From contig JBGQGY010000009.1 in NCBI GenBank assembly GCA_041497675.1, forward strand, positions 1-54,161: a stretch of 54,161 nucleotides of DNA. Reading direction: 5' to 3'. Position 1 is the stretch's first letter, and each line of letters begins with the position of its first letter. The position numbers and the translations under genes are program-made. This document shows, in pieces, positions 47,812 through 54,161 of the stretch. The DNA is from a bacterium (GTDB lineage: Bacteria > Sysuimicrobiota > Sysuimicrobiia > Sysuimicrobiales > Humicultoraceae). The notes under the pieces were generated by a model. It did not search any database, was not told the origin of the DNA, and saw nothing but the letters and a program-made list of their open reading frames with translations.

Positions 47812-48593
47812 CGCGTCGCGAGCGCTTCCACCGTGAGGTCGGTCAGAAACATGTGGCCGGGCGCGTGCGTGATCATGAGCGGAAGCCGCGCGCGCGTCGC
47901 CACGGCCTGGGGCGTGACGCCGCACGCCCAGAAGACCGGCACCTCTCCCGGTTCAATCTGCAGGACGTCGCCGTAGTCCGGACGACCCAGGTCGCGGATG
48001 CCGATCGCCAACGGATCACCGGCGTGCACCGGCGCGCCGTGGGCAAACGGGTACCGGGCCGTGATCTCGGCGACGCGTGTAAGATCTGCCCGCGGGAACG
48101 GTCTCATGCTCACCACCATGGGACCGGCAAACGGTCCGGCCGGCTCGCACATCCTGTTGGTCACGTACATCGAAACGTTGGATCCGCGCTCCAGGTGCCG
48201 CAGCGGCAGCCCGGCCCGCTGTAGCGCCTCCTCGAACGTAAACGAACATCCTAGGAGAAATGCGACAAGGTCGTCGCGCCAGAGCCCCGCGAGATCCGGC
48301 CGTTCTTCCACGAGTTCGCCGTCTCGATACACACGGTACAAGGGGACGTCAGTACGGAGGTCGGCGTCGGGTGCCGCTACTCGCGGTACCGGATCGCCGG
48401 GCGCCGTGACGTCGAGCAGCGGACACGGCCCGGGGTTGCGATCGCAAAAGAGGCGGAAATCACCCGCGTGCGCCTCCGGCACCACCACTAGATTCGCCTG
48501 CACGTAACCCGCGGCCAGCCCGGCGGTGGGGCGCCGCCAGCGTCCGGCCCGGATCTCCGCGCGCCAGTATCCGGGTGTGCGCGCCGCGGTCAC
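47808..48593 (-). CDS. DUF1445/UPF0317 protein (D-glutamate cyclase / putative hydro-lyase family)
   Basis: GYVQANL, RNPGPCPLL, DLRTDVP, LGCSFTFE, FWACGVTPQ, THAPGHM. Confidence 0.88.
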   Translation of the reverse strand: MTAARTPGYWRAEIRAGRWRRPTAGLAAGYVQANLVVVPEAHAGDFRLFCDRNPGPCPLLDVTAPGDPVPRVAAPDADLRTDVPLYRVYRDGELVEERPDLAGLWRDDLVAFLLGCSFTFEEALQRAGLPLRHLERGSNVSMYVTNRMCEPAGPFAGPMVVSMRPFPRADLTRVAEITARYPFAHGAPVHAGDPLAIGIRDLGRPDYGDVLQIEPGEVPVFWACGVTPQAVATRARLPLMITHAPGHMFLTDLTVEALATR

Positions 48594-49456
48594 CGTCGCA
48601 ACCCCTTCGCCCGCAGCGCCTGGATCAATCGATCCGGATAGTTCGTGATGATCCCATCGCCGCGCAGCGTGCCGATGCCCATCTCGAGCAGTCGTTCCAT
48701 TTGCGTGGGGTCATCAACCGTCCACGGCACGATAGGGATGCCGGCGCGGTGGACTGCGTCTACGGTCGCGCGACTGACGAGGCGGATGCTCGGCGAGTAG
48801 ATGTCGGCCGGCGCTGCCCGGACGACCGCGACGGGATCGGGGGTCGGATCGGTCGCCGCGCGGAGCGCCGCGGTGGGTACCGAGCGGTCGAGCGTCTTCA
48901 CCCGGGCCAGCGAAGGATAGTAGAACGATTGGATGATCACCCGGTTCGTCATCCCCGCCTCGCGAATCACGCGAAGCGCGCGTTCTTCGAAGTCCTGTGG
49001 CGGGGTCGGCGCCGAGGGTTCGTACTTGGTCTCGATGTTGAGGCGGACCCGGTTGTTTCCGGAACCGCGTACCAAGTCGAGCACCGCGTGCAGGGTCGGG
49101 ACGCGCTCGCCCGCAAACTGCGCGTTGAACCACGATCCGGCGTCGAGACGCTGCAGGTCGGCCAACGCGGTGGTGCGGACATACCCGCGACCGGTCGTGG
49201 TGCGCTCGAGCGTCGGGTCGTGGATGACGACCACTTCGCCGTCGGCCGTGACGTGCAGGTCCATTTCGAGGACGTCGACACCCATTGCTAGGGCGTTCCG
49301 AAAGGCCGCCAGGGTGTTCTCCGGGGCCAGACCGGCGCCGCCGCGGTGCGCGTGCACGTCGACGTTGACGGTTTGCGCCAGACTTTGCACGGGGAGAAGC
49401 ATGAGAGCAGTCGCCGCGAGCAGGGCAGCCGCGTGGAGCATCAGCGCGCCTCGCAT
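48590..49456 (-). CDS. Exported glycerophosphodiester phosphodiesterase (GDPD)
   Basis: Signal peptide; AHRG..PENT, EMD, IHD, NIETK, WTVD, GIITNYP. Confidence 0.92.
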   Translation of the reverse strand: MRGALMLHAAALLAATALMLLPVQSLAQTVNVDVHAHRGGAGLAPENTLAAFRNALAMGVDVLEMDLHVTADGEVVVIHDPTLERTTTGRGYVRTTALADLQRLDAGSWFNAQFAGERVPTLHAVLDLVRGSGNNRVRLNIETKYEPSAPTPPQDFEERALRVIREAGMTNRVIIQSFYYPSLARVKTLDRSVPTAALRAATDPTPDPVAVVRAAPADIYSPSIRLVSRATVDAVHRAGIPIVPWTVDDPTQMERLLEMGIGTLRGDGIITNYPDRLIQALRAKGLRR

Positions 49457-49461
49457 GCCTG

Positions 49462-50502
49462 CTACCGTAGGATGAAGCCCGCTTTCAATGGATCGTCTGG
49501 GGCCACCACGAACTCGCTGCGACCGGTGATGAACGCCGAGCCTTCGACTTCGGGCACGACGGCCGCGAACGCTCCCACGGTGGCCGGTCGGAGGACCCGC
49601 CCGGTGAACGTCGTCCCGATCAGGCTCTCCACGATGAACGGCTGCCCCACGGCCAGACGGCCCCGCGCGTGCTCGATGGCCACCCGCCCGCTGACACCGG
49701 TGCCGGTCGGCGATCGATCGAGTTCACCCTCCGCGAAGATACACACGTTGCGGCTCTGCGCGCCCGGACCCTGCGGCGGGCCGGTGATGATCGTGCCATA
49801 CAGGAATCCCAGATCTGGCTCCGTGGGATGCGTGATCGGGAGCGCGGCGGCGACCGCGTGCTTCACCGCGACCCCGATGTCGATCAAACGGCGAAACTCC
49901 TCGGGTATCAGGCGGACACCCACATTGGCGGCGTGGACATACGCATAGAAGGCGCCGCCAAAACCCACGTCGCAGCGCACCTCACCGATGCCGGGCACGT
50001 CGACCTGTTGATCCAGGGCCAACACAAACGACGGCACGTTTTCGAAGGCGACGCTCGCCACCCGGCCGTCTCGGATCCGCGCGCGGGCGGTCACGCGGCC
50101 GGCGGGCGTGTCGAGACGCACGATCGTTTCGGGGGCGAGCACCGGCACCGATCCGGTCTCAACCAGCACCGTCACCAGCCCGATGACCCCGTGCCCGCAC
50201 ATTGTGCTGAATCCTTCGTTGTGCAAGAATAGCACACCGAAATCGCCGTCGGGCGTCGTGGGATCGGTGATGATGCACGCGTACATGTCGGCGTGCCCGC
50301 GCGGCTCGAAGATCAAGAGGCGCCGTACGTGATCGAGGTGCGCGATCGCGTGACGCCGCTTGGCCAAGATCGTGTCGCCTGGGATCGGCGGCAGCCCGCC
50401 GGTGATGACACGCAGCGGCTCGCCGGCCGCGTGGGCATCGATGACGGTGATGACCGGCCGGCCGTCCGGGGGCTTCCAGCGGCGCAGGGCGTCAAGCGCC
50501 AT
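49462..50502 (-). CDS. Proline racemase family, Cys/Thr type (probable trans-3-hydroxy-L-proline dehydratase)
   Basis: DAHAAGEP, EPRGH, MCGH, GGAFY, DRSPTGTG. Confidence 0.85.
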   Translation of the reverse strand: MALDALRRWKPPDGRPVITVIDAHAAGEPLRVITGGLPPIPGDTILAKRRHAIAHLDHVRRLLIFEPRGHADMYACIITDPTTPDGDFGVLFLHNEGFSTMCGHGVIGLVTVLVETGSVPVLAPETIVRLDTPAGRVTARARIRDGRVASVAFENVPSFVLALDQQVDVPGIGEVRCDVGFGGAFYAYVHAANVGVRLIPEEFRRLIDIGVAVKHAVAAALPITHPTEPDLGFLYGTIITGPPQGPGAQSRNVCIFAEGELDRSPTGTGVSGRVAIEHARGRLAVGQPFIVESLIGTTFTGRVLRPATVGAFAAVVPEVEGSAFITGRSEFVVAPDDPLKAGFILR

Positions 50503-50518
50503 CGCGGGCCATGGCCTC

Positions 50519-51367
50519 CTATTTCTCGCTCTCGGTGAGGCCCTTGACGAACCAGCGCTGCATCAGTATGACCACGGCCACCGGCGGCACCATCGCCATG
50601 ACGACCGTCGCCATGATGAGCTGCCAGTCGGTTTGGGCATCGCCGGTGCCGATCATCTTGGTGATGCCGATGACGATGGTATTCAACTCGCTCTTGGTGG
50701 TGATGAGCAGCGGCCAGAGGTACTGGTTCCAGCCATAGATGAACAGGATGACGAACAGCGCCGCGATCGTCGAGCTCGACAGCGGCACCAGGATGCTCCA
50801 GAAGAACCGCATCGCCCCCGCGCCGTCAATCTTGGCCGCGTCCACCATCTCGTCGGGTACCGTCAAGAAGAACTGCCTGAAGATCAGGGTGGCGGTTGCC
50901 GACGCGATGAGGGGGATCGTGAGCCCCGGGAACGTGTTGATCATGTGGAGGTCGGAGACAACTTTATAGGTTGGGATGATCCGGACCTCGATCGGGAGCA
51001 TCAGCGTCAGGAAGATCATCCAGAAAAAGAACATCCGCAGCGGGAACACGAAGAAACTCACCGCAAAGGCCGAGAGGATCGAGATGGCAATCTTCCCAGT
51101 GGCGATGGTGACGGCCATGACGAAGCTGTTCAGCATCATGCGACGGACGGGTTCGCCTCGTACCAGCTCGCCCTGACCGGACGTCCACGCCTGCGTGTAG
51201 TTTTCGACGGCGTGCGGGCCCGGCACGAGTGGCAGTTGCCCTCTGGCGATGGTGCCCACGTCGTAGGTCGAACCGATGATCGCCATGTAGACGGGGAAGA
51301 CAAACGTCGCGACGCCCGCGAGCAGGATGAGGTGGGCCAGCCAGTGCGTCCGGCGGAGGGCGCCCAT
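50519..51367 (-). CDS. ugpE: sn-glycerol-3-phosphate ABC permease
   Basis: TLMLPIEVRIIPT, IASATAT, YGWNQYLWP, QRWFVKGLTESEK. Confidence 0.9.
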   Translation of the reverse strand: MGALRRTHWLAHLILLAGVATFVFPVYMAIIGSTYDVGTIARGQLPLVPGPHAVENYTQAWTSGQGELVRGEPVRRMMLNSFVMAVTIATGKIAISILSAFAVSFFVFPLRMFFFWMIFLTLMLPIEVRIIPTYKVVSDLHMINTFPGLTIPLIASATATLIFRQFFLTVPDEMVDAAKIDGAGAMRFFWSILVPLSSSTIAALFVILFIYGWNQYLWPLLITTKSELNTIVIGITKMIGTGDAQTDWQLIMATVVMAMVPPVAVVILMQRWFVKGLTESEK

Positions 51368-52248
51368 CAATAGTGCACCCGCCGCTCGACGTAGCGAAAC
51401 TGGACGGCCGTGAGCGTGATCACGACCAACAACAGAATCACCGACTGCGCCGAGGAGCCGCCCAGGTCGAGGTTGACGACGCCATCCACCCAGAGCTTGT
51501 AGATCAGGGTCTCGGTCGCTCTACTCGGCCCCCCACGTGTAAGCGCGTGGATTACGCCAAAGGTGTCAAAAAACGCGTAGATGACGTTAACGAGCAACAG
51601 GAAGAACGTGGTCGGCGAGAGGAGCGGGAAGACGATCTTCCAGAACCGCTGGCCCCCGCCGGCGCCGTCGACCGAGGCCGCTTCGAGCACCGACTTGGGG
51701 ATCGACTGCAGCCCCGCCAGGAAGAAGATGAAGTTGTAACTCACCTGCTTCCAGGAGGCCGCCAGGATGATCAGGATCACCGCGTGCAGGCCGTTCAGCG
51801 TAAAGTCCCAGTGCACGCCGCGGGCGACCAGAAAGCGCCCCAGGATGCCGATCGCCGGATGGAACACGAACAGCCACAGCGACGCGGCGACCGCCGGGGC
51901 CAGCGCATACGGCCACATGAGCAGCGTCTTATAGATCCCTGCGCCGCGGATCTGTTGGTCGGCCGTGATGGCCAGCACCAGACCGGATAGCAGAGCCAGA
52001 CCGATGACGCAACCCGAGAAAATGATCGTGATCCCAATCGCGCCCCGGTAGGCCGGGTCGCCCAGGACCGTCGCGAAGTTTTCGAACCAGATGAACTGCG
52101 TCCGCAGGCCGAACGGATCCTGGCGGAGCATCGACTGGTAGATCGCCTGCCCGGCGGGCCAGAAGAAGAAGACCAGCGTGATCGCCATCTGGGGCGCCAC
52201 CAGCACGTACGGCAGAATCTTATTGTCGAATCCGGCTCGCCGCGTCAT
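51367..52248 (-). CDS. ugpA: sn-glycerol-3-phosphate ABC permease
   Basis: [52 protein letters not shown]. Confidence 0.9.
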   Translation of the reverse strand: MTRRAGFDNKILPYVLVAPQMAITLVFFFWPAGQAIYQSMLRQDPFGLRTQFIWFENFATVLGDPAYRGAIGITIIFSGCVIGLALLSGLVLAITADQQIRGAGIYKTLLMWPYALAPAVAASLWLFVFHPAIGILGRFLVARGVHWDFTLNGLHAVILIILAASWKQVSYNFIFFLAGLQSIPKSVLEAASVDGAGGGQRFWKIVFPLLSPTTFFLLLVNVIYAFFDTFGVIHALTRGGPSRATETLIYKLWVDGVVNLDLGGSSAQSVILLLVVITLTAVQFRYVERRVHY

Positions 52249-52266
52249 GGGCGTCTCGTCCCCGGT

Positions 52267-52461
52267 TCACTGTTGGCGAAGAAACCGTTGGGCCACGAGC
52301 AGCTTGCCATCCACCAGCCACACGTCGGCCTCGACGCTGCAGAAGCCGTGGTCGAGGGCGTCAAACAGCGGGCGCGCGTGGAGGTAGTCGTTGTGCGCGT
52401 GTGCGCGGGTGAGTGGAACGGGCGCCGCCGCGACCAGGACAACGCCCACCCGTGTTGGCAT
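52267..52461 (-). pseudogene. Truncated PLC-like/GDPD-like (AIM6-like) phosphodiesterase remnant
   Basis: 64 aa holding only the N-terminal motifs AHAHNDY, PLFDAL..GF.SVEADVW, then a stop; no continuation before ugpA. Confidence 0.7.
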
Positions 52462-52493
52462 TACTGAGACCCCTTCAACAACGCGAATAGATC

Positions 52494-52532
52494 AGCCCGG
52501 CCCCGCGGGAGGTTCCACCTCGGAACCGGGCT
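52494..52532 (-). terminator. Interrupted hairpin downstream of ugpB
   Basis: AGCCCGG...GAGGT-TCC-ACCTC...CCGGGCT. Confidence 0.4.
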
Positions 52533-52559
52533 CACGTCTTCGACAACGTCCGGCCGTTT

Positions 52560-53912
52560 TTACGGCACGACGGCCGTCTTTTCGAACCTGCGAAGGATGT
52601 CGTTCCCCCGCTTGACGGCGGCGTCCATCGCCTGCTTGGCCGTCTGCTGGCCCTGGAAGGCCTTTTCCCACTCCTCGTAGATGACGGTCCGGATTTCCGG
52701 CATGTTGCCCAAACGCAGCCCCTTCGAGTTCCGGGTGGGCAGCGTCCGGGTCAACTGCTTGTAGGGGATATCGGCCCCGGGGTTCTGGTCATAGTACCCC
52801 ATCGACTGGACCTGCTGGATTGCCGGGAAGGTGATCGGCAGGAAGCCGGTCTCGATATGCCACTTCGCCACCACCTCGGGCCGGCTGAGATATCGGAAGA
52901 ACTCGGCGACCGCCTTGTAGTCCTCTTTGGTTCGCCGCGGCGAGGTCATGACCCAAAACGACGCGCCGCCGATGATGGAGTTCTTGGGCGCGCCCTTCAC
53001 GTCTTCATAGTAGGGGAGGTAGGCCGTGCCCCACTGGAACTTGGCCTCACGGACGATCCGCCCGCGCAGACCCGACGACCCGTGGATAATCCCGCACTCC
53101 CCCGACGGGAACAGCGCGTCGCCCGCGGCGTCACGACCGCCGTACTTGAAGCTGCCTTCTTTCAGCATGTCCATGAAGAGCTGCAGGTGCCGGACGTGCA
53201 GGTCGCTGTTGATCGTGAGTTCGGTGTCAAAACCTTCGAACCCGTTGCCCTTCGTGGCGAGCGGTACGTCGTGAATCGCGCTGAAATTCTCGACCTGTGT
53301 CCAGGTCGGCCAGGCAAAGGTAAAGCCGCACGGTGCAGCGTTGGCCTGACGGATCTTCTGCGCCGCGGCGCGTGTTTCGGCCCACGTCTTCGGCGGACTG
53401 TCCGGGTTCAGACCGGCCCGCCGAAACGCGTCCTTGTTCCAGAACATCACCGTTGTGCTGCTGTTGAACGGCATCGAGATCATCTTGCCGTCGGCCGAGC
53501 TGTAGTACCCGCGGACTGCCGGCAAGTAGATGCTCGGGTCGAACGGGGTATTGGTCTCTTTCATCAATTCGTACACTGGTTTAATGGCGCCCTTGGCCGC
53601 CATCATCGTGGCCGTTCCGACCTCGAACATCTGGACGATGTGCGGCGCGTTGCCTGCCCGGAAGGCCGCGATCGCAGCCACCATCGTTTCGGGATAGGAG
53701 CCTTTGTACGTGGCGTTCACACGGTACTGGGTCTGCGAGTTGTTGAACTCCGTCGCAAACCCCTCGAGGATGCCACCACCAGGCTGGCCGAGTCCGTGCC
53801 AAAACTCGATGGTGACGCGCTGCCCCTGGCCGGTCGCGGGTGACGAAACCACCGCGGCGCCGGCGACGGTCAATATGACGGCGATCAAACCGGCGAGCCA
53901 TCGTCCCTTCAT
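52560..53912 (-). CDS. ugpB: sn-glycerol-3-phosphate ABC SBP
   Basis: AGGAGG RBS; AAFRAGNAPHIVQMFEVGTATMM, PFNSST, NSIIGGAS, SKGLRLGN. Confidence 0.92.
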   Translation of the reverse strand: MKGRWLAGLIAVILTVAGAAVVSSPATGQGQRVTIEFWHGLGQPGGGILEGFATEFNNSQTQYRVNATYKGSYPETMVAAIAAFRAGNAPHIVQMFEVGTATMMAAKGAIKPVYELMKETNTPFDPSIYLPAVRGYYSSADGKMISMPFNSSTTVMFWNKDAFRRAGLNPDSPPKTWAETRAAAQKIRQANAAPCGFTFAWPTWTQVENFSAIHDVPLATKGNGFEGFDTELTINSDLHVRHLQLFMDMLKEGSFKYGGRDAAGDALFPSGECGIIHGSSGLRGRIVREAKFQWGTAYLPYYEDVKGAPKNSIIGGASFWVMTSPRRTKEDYKAVAEFFRYLSRPEVVAKWHIETGFLPITFPAIQQVQSMGYYDQNPGADIPYKQLTRTLPTRNSKGLRLGNMPEIRTVIYEEWEKAFQGQQTAKQAMDAAVKRGNDILRRFEKTAVVP

Positions 53913-54036
53913 GTGGTCTACACCTCCTGAGTTGAGCCCTGCCTTATTCTACGGCCGGGCATATCTCACCCTCCAGCCTACGGAACTAGCAAGGGTTTTC
54001 CTATCGGGCAGCGACCCTATGGTTCTTGTGGTAGGC

Positions 54037-54067
54037 TTGACACAACTAGTACTATATGGTACTAGTT
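54037..54067. promoter_or_regulatory. TTGACA box followed by a 24-bp palindromic operator
   Basis: TTGACA 54037-54042; AACTAGTAC-tatatg-GTACTAGTT 54044-54067. Confidence 0.65.
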
Positions 54068-54119
54068 ACCTGCTTGTCTTAGGAACGGAGCGACGGAGGC
54101 CCCGCGGCGTGGTCGGCTA

Positions 54120-54161
54120 GTGCACGGGACGCGCGAAAACCTGGGGTTTGCACTGGCGAAA
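54120..54161 (+). CDS. Possible 5' end of a regulator gene (MarR-like?), cut by window edge
   Basis: GTG then HGTRENLGFALAK, resembling MarR first helices; lies downstream of the palindrome; only 14 codons visible. Confidence 0.25.
   Translation, partial: MHGTRENLGFALAK

Noticed and set aside
54080..54161. ZTP riboswitch (ACTGGCGAAA) at window end
   Set aside because: Only a short partial match at the edge; better explained as coding sequence
1..54161. CRISPR arrays, IS elements, prophage genes, selenocysteine/pyrrolysine recoding
   Set aside because: No spaced direct repeats, transposase or phage motifs, or conserved-frame read-through stops noticed by eye

Overview
A high-GC bacterial chromosomal segment given over almost entirely to nutrient scavenging. 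The solute-binding proteins (SBPs) have Sec/Tat signals without lipoboxes, which suggests a diderm cell. The window opens with tRNA-Thr(CGT) and a convergent vapBC toxin-antitoxin pair resembling M. tuberculosis VapBC26. It then carries six ABC importer clusters: sugar/G3P-type, Fe3+/polyamine-type, three Opp/Dpp-type, and ugpBAE. These are interleaved with catabolic enzymes: hydantoinase/oxoprolinase A+B, type I dehydroquinase, four enolase-superfamily enzymes, two neutral-ceramidase-like hydrolases, AstE/AspA-, creatininase-, DmpA- and M55-family hydrolases, a class-III aminotransferase, DUF1445, a GDPD and a Cys/Thr proline-racemase-family enzyme. The most notable observations are: (i) a HEAT-repeat + HD-GYP gene pair whose products share a homologous, unnamed ~130-aa N-terminal domain, lying between two near-identical SBP paralogs; (ii) a recurring AGGA-N17-GAA (sigma-H-like) promoter motif ahead of the catabolic operons, in a window with almost no transcription factors; (iii) a long amide-hydrolase uptake cluster of unknown substrate; (iv) an internally deleted phosphodiesterase remnant inside the ugp operon. 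No integrase, transposase or CRISPR array was seen. All family calls come from motif recognition by eye, not database searches. Several starts were moved from the ORF track to RBS-supported codons.
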